The position numbers and the translations under genes were made by a program. Below are positions 1-11,830 of a stretch of DNA of 64,000 nt, piece after piece. Under the pieces are notes generated by a model. It had not been told where the DNA came from. It saw nothing but the letters and a program-made list of their open reading frames with translations, and did no database searches. This DNA comes from Eledone cirrhosa (Eukaryota). Numbering within the stretch: position 1 is the stretch's first letter; every line of letters starts with the position of its first letter. Where the stretch lies: contig CAXHJY010000585.1 of NCBI GenBank assembly GCA_964016885.1, positions 1 through 64,000 of the forward strand, read 5' to 3'.

Positions 1-96
1 GGATATTCAATTTGTTGGTAATTCAACAAAACATAAATGTGTTTATGTTGGTTATGAAAGATAAAACAAAACCTTATGAAATGTCTTTATCTTTAA

Positions 97-395
97 ATGA
101 TGATGATGATGATGGTGGTGGTGCTGGTGATGATGGTAGTGATGTTGGTGGTGGTGGTAATGATAGTGCTGGTGGTGGTGTTGATAAAGGTTATGATGAT
201 GGTGTTGGTGTTGGTGGTGATAAAGGTTATTATGATGATGATGGTGTTGGTGGTGGTAGTGGTGTTGGTAAAGGTTATGATGATGATGGTGTTGGAGGTG
301 GTGGTGGTGATGTTGATAAAGGTTATGATGGTGATGAAGGTGGTGGTGATGATGGTGATGGTGATATGATGGTGATGGTGATGAAGGTGGTGGTG
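97..395 (+). repeat. Degenerate (GGT/GAT)n microsatellite
   Basis: Direct reading. Confidence 0.9.
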
Positions 396-469
396 ATAAG
401 AATGACATTTGAAAAAAAAAAGTTTGCAATCTTTGATAACAAAGACTTTAGTTAGAATTTAATTTAGAT

Positions 470-471
470 TG

Positions 472-502
<31 letters not shown>

Positions 503-646
503 ATGTTTGTGTGTGTGTGTGTGAGTTTGTGTGTATGTTTGTGTCTGTGTTTGTGTTTGTGTATGTGTGTGTGTGTGTGTGTGTGTATGTTGTGTGTGTG
601 TGTGTGTGTGTTTGTGTGTGTCTATGTTTTTGTGTGTGTGTGTGTG
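470..646 (+). repeat. (GT)n microsatellite
   Basis: Direct reading. Confidence 0.95.
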
Positions 647-704
647 TTTTCTTTTTTTCAGTTTCAGGTTTGGTTCAGATCAGAGATAAATAATATCATC
701 GTCA

Positions 705-3200
705 ACCCAACCACTACCACCACCTTACACCACAGGCACCACCATCATCACCACCACCACCACAACAACTACCACCATCACCACAACAACTACCACCATC
801 ATCACCACCCACCACCACACCACCACCACCACACCACTATCACCACTACCACCAACACCACCACCACTACCACCACTCCACCACCACCCACAACACCACG
901 CACTAACCACCACACCACCACCACCACTACCACCACACCACCACCACACCACCACTACACCACCACCACCACCACCACACCACAACACCACCACTACACA
1001 CACGACATCCTACTACCACCATCACTCATAGTTGACTAACACTCACCACCACCACCACACCACCACCACCACTACCACCACCACACCACCACCACCAACA
1101 CCACCACCACAACCACCACCACACACACCACCACCACCACCTACACCCACACACCCCACCCACCACCACACCTCCACCCACCCACACACCACCACCACCA
1201 ACCACACCACCACCACACCACACCACCACCACCACATACACCACACCACCACACCACCACACACACCACCACCACACACCACCACCACACCACCACCCCC
1301 TCACACCACCACACACCACCACCACACACCACCACCCACACACCACCACCACCATACACCACCCACCACCACTACACACCACCACCACCCACCACCACCA
1401 CCACACCACCACCACACCACCACACCACCACCACCACACACCACCACCACCACCACCACCCACCACCACCACACCACCCACCCACCACCACCACCACCCA
1501 CCACCACCACCACCACACCACCACCACCCACCACCACCCACCACCACACACCACCACCCCACCACACCACCACACCACCACCACCACACCACCACCACCA
1601 CACCACCACCACCACCACCACACCACCACCCCCACACCACCACCACCACCACACCACCACCCCATCCACCACCACCACCACCACACACCACCACCACCCA
1701 CCCACCACCACCCCACCACCACCACACACCACCACCACCACCACACCACCACCACCACACCACACCACCACACCACCACCACCACACCACCACCACCACC
1801 ACACCACCACCACCAACACCACCACCACCACACCACCACCACCACACCACCACCACCACCCACCCCACCACCACACCACCACCACCACCACCACCCCACC
1901 ACCACACCACCACCACACCACCACCACCACCACCACACCACCACCACCACCACCACCACCACCACCACCACCACTACCACCACCACCACACTACACCACA
2001 CGCACCACACCACCACCACCACCACCACACACCACCACCACCACACCACCACCACCACCACCACACACCACAACACCACCACCCCACCCCACACAACCAC
2101 CACCACACCACCACCACCACACACCCACCACCACCACCACTACACCACCACCACCACCACACCCACCACCACAACCACCACACCACCACCACCACCACCA
2201 CCACCACCACACCACCACCACCACCACCACACCACCACCACACCACCACCACCACCACCACCACCCACCACCACCACCACACCACCACCACCACTACACA
2301 CCACCACCCCACCACACCACCACCACCACACCACCACACCACCCACCACACCACCACCACCACCACACCACCACCACCACCACCACACCACCACCACCAC
2401 CACACCACCACCACCACAACACCACCACCACCACTACACCACCACCACCATTACACCACCACCACCACCACCACTACACCACAACCACCACCACACCACC
2501 ACCCCACACACCACCACCACACCACCACCACCCACCACCACCACCACACCACCACCACCACTACACCACCACCACCATCAACCACCACCACCACCACCAC
2601 CACCACCACCACCACCACCACCACCACCACCACACCACCACCACCACACCACCGCCACCACCACACCACCACCACCACCACCACCACACCACCACCACCA
2701 CACCACCACCACCACCACCACACCACACCACCACACACCACCACCACCACCACCACCACTACACCACCACCACCACCACACCACACCACCACAACCACCA
2801 CCACCACCACCACCACACCACCACCACCCACCACAACCACCACCCCACCACACACCACCACCACCACACCACCACCACCACACCACCACACACCACCACC
2901 ACACCACCACCACCACCACACCACACCACCACACCACCACCACCACCACCACACCACCACCACCACCACCACACCACCACCACACCACCACCACCACACC
3001 ACCACACCACCACCACCACACCACCACCACCACACCACCACCACCACTACACCACCACCACCATTACACCACCACCACCACCACCACCACCACCACCACC
3101 ACCACCACCACCACCACCACCACCACACACCACCACCACCACCACCACACACCACCACCACCACCACCACCACCACCACACCACCACCACCACTACTACA
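705..3200 (+). repeat. Degenerate (CAC)n low-complexity tract, about 2.5 kb
   Basis: Direct reading; source of the spurious H/P/T-rich ORFs. Confidence 0.95.
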
Positions 3201-3284
3201 GCTATATCTTACCTCCAATCTTAATATTCAAGATATGAAAAATTACAAATATATTTGGAAACTGAATTTCGTTTCACTGGTGGC

Positions 3285-4202
3285 TGTTGTTGTTGTTGTG
3301 TTGGTGGTGGTGGTGGTGGTTGTGGTGGTGGTGGTGGTTGTAGTGGTGGTGGTGTTGGTGGTTGTAGTGGTGGTGGTGTTGGTGGTTGTAGTGGTGGTGG
3401 TGTGGTGGTGGTGGTGTTGTAGTGGTGGTGGTGTGTAGTGGTGGTGGTGTTGGTGGTGGTGGTTGTAGTGGTGGAGGTGGTGGTGGTGGTTGTAGTGGTG
3501 GTGGTGTTGGTGGTTGTAGTGGTGGTGGTGTTGGTGGTGGTGGTTGTAGTGGTGGAGGTGGTGGTGGTGGTTGTAGTGGTGGTGGTGTTGGTGGTTGTAG
3601 TGGTGGTGGTGTTGGTGGTGGGTGGTTGTAGTGGTGGTGGTGGTGGTGGGTGGTTGTAGTGGTGGTGGTGTTGGTGGTGGTGGTTGTAGGTGGTGGTGTT
3701 GGTGGTGGTGGTTGTAGTGGTGGAGGTGGTGGTGGTGGTTGTAGTGTGGTGGTGGTTGGTTGTAGTGGTGGGTGGTGTTGGTGGTGGTGGTGTTGGTGGT
3801 GTGGTGGTGGTGGTTGGTGGGTGTTGGTGGTGTGGTGTGTGGTGGTGTTGGTGGTGGTGGTGGGTGTGGTGGTTGTAGTGGTGTTGGTGGTGGGTGTGGT
3901 GGTGGTGGTGTGGTGGTGTGTGTGGTGGTGGTGGTTGTAGTGGTGGTGGTGGGTGGTGGTGGTCGTGGTGGTGGTGGTGGGGTTGTAGTGTGGGTGGTGG
4001 TTGGTGGTGGTTGTGTGGTGGGTGGTGGTGGTGTGGTGGTGGGGTGGGTGTTGTGTGGTGGGTGGTGGTGTGGGTGGGTGGTTGTAGTGGTGGTGGTGGT
4101 GTGGTGGTGGTTGTAGTGGGTGGTGGTGGTGGTTGTAGTGGTGGTGGGGGTGGGTGGTTGGTGGTGGTGGTGGTGGTGGTGGTTTGTGGTGGTGGTGGTG
4201 GG
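3285..4202 (+). repeat. Degenerate (GTG)n tract
   Basis: Direct reading. Confidence 0.95.
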
Positions 4203-4270
4203 GAGGGTTTACTGTTTATAAAATGATTTCTCTCTCTCTATCTCTCCCCACCCCTCTCTCTCTCTATATA

Positions 4271-4317
<47 letters not shown>

Positions 4318-4377
4318 CACACATAAATATATGTTTATGTATGTACTTATATATGTATATGTGTGTGTGTGCATATA

Positions 4378-6085
4378 TCATCATCATCATCATCATCACC
4401 GATTTACGTCCGTTCTTCCATGCTAGGCATGGGTTAGACGGGTTGTCCTGTTGTGGGCAGTGTCCGGTCGGCTGATACGGGAACTGATTCTCGCTTGATC
4501 TCTACAGCTGGATGCCCTTCCTAACACCAACCTCATTTACAGTGTGTGCTGGGTGCTTATTATCGTGTCACCTACCCGACCACTTTACAGTGTGGACTGG
4601 GTGCTTTTTATTGTGTCACCTACCCGACCACTTTACAGTGTGTGCTGGGTGCTTTTTTTTCCGTGGCCCCCTACACATCCACTTTACAGTGTGTGCTGGG
4701 TGCTTTTTTTTTCCGTGGCCCCTACACATCCACTTTACAGTGTGTGCTGGGTGCTTTTTTTTCCGTGGCCCCTACACATCCACTTTACAGTGTGTGCTGG
4801 GTGCTTTTTTTTCCGTGGCCCCTACACATCCACTTTACAGTGTGTGCTGCGTGCTTTTTTTTCCGTGGCCCCTACACATCCACTTTACAGTGTGTGCTGG
4901 GTGCTTTTTTTTCCGTGGCCCCTACACATCCACTTTACAGTGTGTGCTGCGTGCTTTTTTTTCCGTGGCCCCTACACATCCACTTTACAGTGTGTGCTGG
5001 GTGCTTTTTTTTCCGTGGCCCCTACACATCCACTTTACAGTGTGTGCTGCGTGCTTTTTTTTCCGTGGCCCCTACACATCCACTTTACAGTGTGTGCTCG
5101 GGGTTTTTTTTTCCGTGGCGCCTACACATCCACTTTACAGTGTGTGCTGCGTGCTTTTTTTTCCGTGGCCCCTACACATCCACTTTACAGTGTGTGCTGG
5201 GTGCTTTTTTTTCCGTGGCGCCTACACATCCACTTTACAGTGTGTGCTGGGTGCTTTTTTTTCCGTGGCCCCTACACATCCACTTTACAGTGTGTGCTGG
5301 GTGCTTTTTTTTCCGTGGCCCCTACACATCCACTTTACAGTGTGTGCTGCGTGCTTTTTTTTCCGTGGCCCCTACACATCCACTTTACAGTGTGTGCTGG
5401 GTGCTTTTTTTTCCGTGGCCCCTACACATCCACTTTACAGTGTGTGCTGCGTGCTTTTTTTTCCGTGGCGCCTACACATCCACTTTACAGTGTGTGCTGC
5501 GTGCTTTTTTTTCCGTGGCCCCTACACATCCACTTTACAGTGTGTGCTGGGTGCTTTTTATTCCGTGGCCCCTACACATCCACTTTACAGTGTATGCTGG
5601 GTGCTTTTTTTTCCGTGGCCCCTACACATCCACTTTACAGTGTGTGCTGGGTGCTTTTTTTTCCGTGGCCCCTACACATCCACTTTACAGTGTGTGCTGG
5701 GTGCTTTTTTTTCCGTGGCGCCTACACATCCACTTTACAGTGGGAGGGTGTGGGGGCATATTGCCTGTATGCTTCAGCTTCGGCTTTTACCCATGGAGGG
5801 TTGGGTCTTCTGTATTACTGCGTGACGCCAGAGGTCACGGTCGTGTGTCATCGCCTTTGGGAGGTGTAATTGGGCAAGCTTGGGTTTTATCACCTCATCC
5901 CAGGTCTTCTTGGGTCTCCCCACTCCGCGGTTTCCATCGACTTCTATTGCTTTGCACCTTTTTATGAAGCTGTCATCCTTCATACGCATCACATGTCCAT
6001 ACCAACGCAACCGCCTCTCCTGCACACAGCACTTGATTCCTCTTATGCTCAGTCTCTCTCTCTCAATTCATTTATCCTTTGCCGT
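4378..6085 (-). mobile_element. RTE LINE 3' fragment fused to a SINE-like body with (GAT)n tail; contains an amplified 50-bp array
   Basis: Minus-strand peptide QERRLRWYGHVMRM...RGVGRPKKTWDEVI (RTE C-terminus), the motif GGTTGGTGTTAGGAAGGGCATCCAGCTGTAGA, and tail CCCGTCTAACCCATG. Same layout as 20370-21283. Confidence 0.8.
4630..5741 (+). repeat. 50-bp minisatellite, about 22 copies
   Basis: Unit TGTGTGCTGGGTGCTTTTTTTTCCGTGGCCCCTACACATCCACTTTACAG, derived from the SINE-like body. Confidence 0.97.
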
Positions 6086-6307
6086 TTGTGTATATTACTA
6101 TTGCATATGCATATAAACACACACATGCACAAATTCACTCCCCTCCCCCCACACACCCACACATGCAAACACAAATACAGACTCAGACACCCCCCCACTC
6201 CAACAACCCCACCCCTCCCACTCCGACACCCCCACCCCTCCCACTCCAACACCTCCACTGCTCCCCCACACACTTGTCAATGATATTTGTCTCTCATGTC
6301 ATTCCAG

Positions 6308-6372
6308 ATTATCTCAGTCGGACTTCCGAGGTTCCTCAATCGAAAAGTAAAAACTCCAGAAGCTTCCATGAT
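6308..6372 (+). CDS. SLC4A1AP: Kanadaptin exon, third from last; encodes (D)YLSRTSEVPQSKSKNSRSFHD
   Basis: Acceptor tcattccAG and donor GTAAGT. The 65-nt exon is open and ends in phase 0, in frame with the next exon. Assigned by phase and position, not by recognised homology. Confidence 0.6.
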
Positions 6373-6423
6373 GTAAGTTTTTACCATTTTATTACTCTTT
6401 CCAATATTGAGTCTGTGTATACC

Positions 6424-6904
6424 ATCATCATCATCATCATCATACGTCCGCTTTTTCCCTGCTTGCAAGGGTGGGACGGGTCTTATTCAGCACAGCATCT
6501 CTCCACTTGTCACGGTCCTTCGTCATCTCCTCTGTGAGCTTCAGCGATCTGAGGTCTGCTCTCCCTACCTCCGCCCATGTTTTTCGTGGTCTTCCTCTAC
6601 TGCGTCTTCCCTCCACTGGGATTTCTTGACACTTCTTTACCCAGCGGTCATCCTCCATGCACATCACATGTCCATACCATCTCAGCCTTCTCTCCTGCAC
6701 ACCACAACTTATCCCTCTTATACCCAGTTTTATTTCTTAACTCGTCTATGCTTGGTCGTTCACGTACATTGACATTGCATATTCAACAGAGCATGCTTGC
6801 TTCATTTCTCTCCAGCCGTCGCATATCCTCTACAGTTGCTGCCCATGTCTCACTACCATGCAGCATCGCGCATCTCACACAGGCATCACATAACCGGCCT
6901 TTCG
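6424..6904 (-). mobile_element. RTE LINE 3' fragment with (GAT)n tail
   Basis: ORF 6440-6700 reads RRLRWYGHV...RSRGRPRKTW...DRDKWR; upstream it encodes MLHGSETWA; (CAT)n on the plus strand. Confidence 0.88.
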
Positions 6905-6920
6905 TATATATATATATATA

Positions 6921-7112
6921 TGTAGATAAATCTACCAAAAGTTTACGGTAGTGTCCAATCCGTATGAAGAACTCAATGTAATCCGGATATCATGAAAAGA
7001 GAAGATGCATTCAAAAACTACTTTCGGTGAAAAATAAACGGAAAACAGAGTCAAGATAAATTATTAAAAAAATAATGAATAAACAAAGAAACAGTTCCTT
7101 ATATTAAAAAAA
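6921..7112 (-). mobile_element. 3'-terminal fragment of the Penelope-like family, homologous to 54205-54390
   Basis: Reverse complement matches 54205-54390 (e.g. GAGTTCTTCATACGGATTGGACACTACCGTAAACT); flanked by (TA)n. Confidence 0.7.
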
Positions 7113-7125
7113 TATTTTTTTAATA

Positions 7126-7170
<45 letters not shown>

Positions 7171-7230
7171 TATATAGTGAAAGAATGAAGAGTAACATGG
7201 TCGGCTGTACAACAAGGGGCTTTATTTCAG

Positions 7231-7341
7231 GTATTGACAATTGTTTCATTGATCAGGTGAGTCTAGAGGTCACTAATCGCTCCAAGTTGCATCACTCAAT
7301 CTCCATTACCTTATTTACCTCTGATCAACTCATCAGAATAC
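7231..7341 (-). ncRNA. Type I hammerhead ribozyme with long helix II
   Basis: Minus strand: gtatt CTGATGA gttgatcag...ctgatcaat GAAA caattg TC aatac. Confidence 0.75.
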
Positions 7342-7384
7342 TCACAACCTCTAACTGGATTACCTATAACGATAACCTGTTTTC

Positions 7385-7422
<38 letters not shown>

Positions 7423-7436
7423 TAATATATATATGT

Positions 7437-7903
7437 AGAGGTTCTATTTAATTTGTTGGGATACAACAAGCAAAAATATTTTTATAACTGATATAAAGCA
7501 CTCAACAAATTATTGGAGTAAATATACAATATATTAACAAATGGAAACTATATTTATAAAACCATATTTATTTCATTATACACATTTCAAGGGCCACCAA
7601 GGCAAACTATGGTGCGCTTTCATCAGATAAAATATAATATAGAGCAGTTTTATAAATAAATATTGACATACCCTGAAAAAATGCAACCATTCTGGTTGGA
7701 ATCTCCTGGTTAGAATCTCCTGGATAGATTCCAACCAGAATGGTTGCATTTTTTCAGGGTATGTCAATGTTTATTTATAAAACTAACCTATATTATATTT
7801 TATCTGATGAAAGCGCACCATAGTTTGCCTTGGTGGCCCTTGAAATATGTATAATAAAATAAATATGGTTAAATAAATATAGTTTCCATTTGTTAATATA
7901 TTG

Positions 7904-7907
<4 letters not shown>
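7437..7907. mobile_element. Head-to-head inverted pair of Penelope-type terminal remnants (family A), one hammerhead per arm
   Basis: Arms are reverse complements around about 7700-7725. Plus arm 7797-7860: attttat CTGATGA aagcgcacca...tggtggccctt GAAA tatgta TA ataaaat. (TA)n on both sides. Confidence 0.8.
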
Positions 7908-7941
<34 letters not shown>

Positions 7942-7949
<8 letters not shown>

Positions 7950-8260
7950 AGATCAAAAGATGGTTAAAGGAGTTCCATATATTTTATTATGCGCATTTCA
8001 AAAACAAACATCATCAAACAATAATATTTGTGTTTTCATCAGATAAAACAGGAGAACATGATATGAAGGCTAAAAAACACTTGTTGATAGTGCAGTTTTA
8101 AATCAACATATCAACATGAAATGCGCATAATAAAATATATGGAACTCCTTTAACCATCTTTTGATCTTATATTATGCATACTCCAGTCCCACAAACTGTA
8201 GAGTGCTTCTTATCCGATATCTGCATTGCTTTATTGTACTACAATAAAACTCACCTCCTA
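7942..8260. mobile_element. Inverted Penelope-type remnant with minus-strand hammerhead (about 7980-8050)
   Basis: 7942-8000 is the reverse complement of 8117-8174. Minus strand: tgttttat CTGATGA aaacac...gttttt GAAA tgcgca TA ataaaat. Confidence 0.7.
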
Positions 8261-8490
8261 CATATATATATATATATATATATATAAAACCCTTAGAGCA
8301 AACATTTATTATTATAAGAGATTAAAGTTTAAGCAAAGAATCACTGCTTTCAACTTATATATATAAAGCACCAGTAATATATTGGGGTCGATTTAATCGA
8401 CCCCCCCCCCCCCCCCCAAATAAAAAAAAAAATTGTTGGCTCTGTGTCTAAATCAGAAATAATTAATATTATTATTCCATAAATTTCTAG

Positions 8491-8554
8491 GTATCTGGGG
8501 ACTCGTCATGTTTTGGGGCTGATGAAGACAAAGTGGTTTGGTTACCTCCTTCAG
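8491..8554 (+). CDS. SLC4A1AP: Kanadaptin penultimate coding exon; encodes VSGDSSCFGADEDKVVWLPPS(G)
   Basis: Acceptor tttctAG and donor CAG/GTAAGT. Splicing to 10375 gives WLPPSGQTGDGRTSLNEKYGY*, matching the recalled kanadaptin C-terminus WVPPEGQSGDGRTHLNDKYGY. Confidence 0.9.
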
Positions 8555-8616
8555 GTAAGTTTCAATGTCACCAGTTTACCTGTTCCCTTCTGTATAACAT
8601 ATGGGAGAGGTGGTGG

Positions 8617-8646
<30 letters not shown>

Positions 8647-8647
<1 letters not shown>

Positions 8648-8987
8648 CATCATCATCATCATCATTTTACGTCCGCTTTTCCCTGCTTGCAAGGGTGAGA
8701 CGGGAACTGATTCTGGCTTGATTTCTACAGCTGGATGCCTTTCCTAACACCAACCTCATTTACAGTGAGTGCTGGGTGCTTTTTTCCCGTGGCACCTCCA
8801 CAACCACTTTACAGTGGAATGATAGGGACCCCAGTCCCCATCATCTCATTTCTACAGCTGAGTAAACTGGAGCAATGTGAAATAAAGTGTCTTGCTCAAG
8901 GAAACAACACATCACCCAGTCTGAGAATTGAACTCACAACCTTTCGATTGCAAGGCCAATGCTCTAACCACTAAGCCATGTGCCTCC
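8647..8987 (-). mobile_element. Full-length tRNA-derived SINE (family 1): CORE-like middle, RTE-derived 3' part, (GAT)n tail
   Basis: A box TGGCTTAGTGG, B box GAGTTCAATTC, middle TCCTTGAGCAAGACACTT; near-identical to 13374-13707. Confidence 0.9.
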
Positions 8988-9195
8988 ATATATATATATC
9001 CTGTGCCTTCTTCCTCTCACTTGCTATCTTTCAATTTCATCTTTTAATTTTTATTCTATCTTCTGATGAAGGGCTAGTGTCCAAAACATTAAGACTCTTT
9101 TCCTTCTATATCAAGCGTTAAACTAATATATTTCTTCATTGTACTGTGTTGTTTGTTTTATTTCTGTTTACTTTTTGCATATATATATATATATA

Positions 9196-9323
9196 TCATC
9201 ATCATCATCGTTTAACGTCCGTGTTCCATGCTTGCATGGGTTTGGACGGGAGTTTTCCCACTTGAGGCAAGAGTGGTTGTCTTGCTCGCATAGGACTGTC
9301 TGGCGGGTTTTCTACAGTTGGAT
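9196..9323 (-). mobile_element. SINE/RTE 3' tail fragment
   Basis: (CAT)n, TTTAACGTCCGTGTTCCATGCTTGCATGGG and TCTACAGTTGGATG. Confidence 0.7.
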
Positions 9324-9590
9324 GTATATATATATATATATATATGTGTATATATATATATATATATAATTAAGTTAAAAAAAATTACATCTACGTATGC
9401 ATACTGAAATACTAGTGTGTATATGAATACACACACGTATACATATGTATATGTAACAAGTCTTTCACTGGTTGCTTTACTGTGAGCACCCAGCTATTCT
9501 GTATGTAAACACACAGACAAACCGGTTTTTCGAGTCATACTGGTTTTTGAGGGAACACCTTCCCTCTATTCTCCAGAAAGCCAGACAAGG

Positions 9591-9635
9591 AATATTGAAC
9601 TAGTTTCGTTGTTGTTACAACTCATCAGCAATATT
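9591..9635 (-). ncRNA. Type I hammerhead ribozyme
   Basis: Minus strand: aatattg CTGATGA gttgtaacaacaac GAAA ctag TT caatatt; helix I extends via TTCTCCAGAAAG/CTTTCTGGAGAA. Confidence 0.8.
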
Positions 9636-10026
9636 TACCTATCTACCGGCCTTTCTGGAGAATTGTAAAAGCACATATCGTTATATGCTTTTTCTATGAA
9701 AATTAGTAGTGGGCAGACTAATTTGCATAGAGTGTGAGTACGCACCGGTTCAGCGGAGACGATAAAAACAAATGACGAAACGAAATTAAATTTCGTTTCG
9801 TTTGTAACTCACTTTTGTATGACTGACGCTTAAACAATTAAGTTAAAAAAAATTACATCTACGTATGCATACTTTAAGCGTCAGTCATACAAAAGTGAGT
9901 TACAAACGAAACGAAATTTAATTTCGTTTCGTCATTTGTTTTTATATATATATATATATATACATATTCATATATATATATATATATATGCAAAAAGTAA
10001 ACAGAAATAACAAAACAAACAACACA

Positions 10027-10094
<68 letters not shown>

Positions 10095-10097
<3 letters not shown>

Positions 10098-10290
10098 GAA
10101 GTTATATTTATCCAGCTAATTTTCAACCATCAAGGTTGTTTTCCATGGTTATGTCACTATTTATAAAACAGATTTTGTATTTTATCTGATGAAAGCGCAC
10201 CAAGATTGGCTTGGTCGCCCTTGAAATATATATAATAAAATAATTATGGTTTTATAAATATATTTTCCATTTATTAATATATTGAATTAT
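10095..10290 (+). mobile_element. Family A Penelope-type remnant with sense-strand hammerhead (10179-10241)
   Basis: attttat CTGATGA aagcgcaccaag...cttggtcgccctt GAAA tatata TA ataaaat; (TA)n flanks. Confidence 0.78.
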
Positions 10291-10374
10291 ATATATATAT
10301 ATATATAAAGAGACGAAGCTTATCAAATAGAATGGCTGTACATGCATAAATATATTTTTCTTCTATTCTTTCAG

Positions 10375-10424
10375 GCCAAACTGGTGATGGACGCACTTCT
10401 TTGAATGAAAAATATGGCTACTGA
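10375..10424 (+). CDS. SLC4A1AP: Kanadaptin last coding exon; encodes (G)QTGDGRTSLNEKYGY-stop
   Basis: Strong polypyrimidine acceptor ttcttctattctttcAG, phase 1 matching the upstream exon, conserved C-terminal motif, TGA at 10422-10424. Confidence 0.92.
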
Positions 10425-11830
10425 TCTTCTGACATCTCATCCCCTAGCAACTGATTTTCACAAATAACACTCCTTAGCAACTGATCTTCTGAGATCTTAT
10501 TTCCTAGCAACTGACCTTCCAAGATCTCACTCCCTACCGACTGACCTTCCGAGATCTCATTTCTTATCAACTGACCTTCCGAGATCTCTCTCCCTAACAA
10601 CTGACCTTCCGAGATCTTATTTCTTAGCAACTGACCTTCCGAGATCTTACTTCCTAGCAACTGACCTTCCGAGATATCATTCCTTATCAACTGACTTTCC
10701 GAGATCTCACTCCTTAGCAACTGATCTTCAGAGGATGTTATTCCTTACCAACTAACCTTCCGAGATCTCTCTCCTTAGCAACTGATCTTCAGAGGATGTT
10801 ATTCCTTACCAACTAACCTTCCGAGATCTCACTCCTTAGCAACTGATCTTCAGAGGATGTTATTCCTTACCAACTAACCTTCCGAGATCTCTCTCCTTAG
10901 CAACTGATCTTCGGAGATCTCTCTCCTTAGCAACTGATCTTCAGAGGATGTTATTCCTTTGCAACTGACCTTCCGAGATCTCACTCCTTAACAACTGACC
11001 TTCCCAAATCTCTCTCCTTAACAACTGACCTTCCAAGATCTCACTTCCTAGCAACTGACCTTCCGAGATCTCTCACCTTAACAACTGAGCTTCTGACATC
11101 TCACTCCTTAGCAAATGATCTTCAGAGGATGTTATTCCATACCAACTGGTCTTTGAGATCTCTCTCCTTAGTAACTGATCTTCCGAGATCTCTCACCTTA
11201 GCAACTGACTTTCCGAGATCTCACTCCTTAACAACTGACCTTCCAAGATCTCTCTCCTTAGTAACTGACCTTCCAAGATTTCTCTCCTTAGCAACTGACC
11301 TTCCGAGATCTCACTCCTTAGCAACTGACCTTCCAAGATTTCTCTCCTTAGCAACTGACCTTCCGAGATCTCACTCCTTAGCAACTGACCTTCCAAGATT
11401 TCTCTCCTTAGCAACTGACCTTCCGAGATCTCACTCCTTAGCAACTGACCTTCCAAGATTTCTCTCCTTAGCAACTGACCTTCCGAGATCTCACTCCTTA
11501 GCAACTGACCTTCCAAGATTTCTCTCCTTAGCAACTGACCTTCCGAGATCTCACTCCTTAGCAATTGATCTTCCAAGATTTCTCTCCTTAGCAACTGACC
11601 TTCCAAGATTTCTCTCCTTAGCAACTGACCTTCTCTCCTTAGCAATTGATCTTCAGAGGATGTTAATCCTTACCAACTGGTCTTTGGAGATCTCTCTCCT
11701 TAACAACTGACCTTCCAAGATTTCTCTCCTTAGCAACTGACCATCCAAGATTTCTCTCCTTAGCAACTGACCTTCCGAGATCTCACTCCTTAGCAATTGA
11801 TCTTCAGAGGATGTTATTCCCTGCCAACTA
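10418..11830 (+). repeat. About 30-bp minisatellite directly downstream of the kanadaptin stop codon
   Basis: Unit GCAACTGACCTTCCGAGATCTCACTCCTTA with variants; alternating two-unit higher-order pattern at 11270-11590. Confidence 0.95.

Noticed and set aside
1032-3224. 730-aa H/P/T-rich ORF and the other YI/VC/G-rich ORFs across the window
   Set aside because: Translations of microsatellites; open in several frames on both strands.
4512-5967. Three overlapping ORFs of 437-473 aa
   Set aside because: A stop-free 50-bp SINE-derived tandem repeat cycling through the frames.
9060-9100. Degenerate hammerhead-like motifs here and near 17255, 45665 and 47940
   Set aside because: Core nucleotides are mutated or helix I is weak; probable decayed remnants, not counted as ribozymes.
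10418-11710. Leucine-rich-repeat-like ORFs
   Set aside because: Products of the 30-bp minisatellite downstream of the kanadaptin stop; interrupted by stops and indels.
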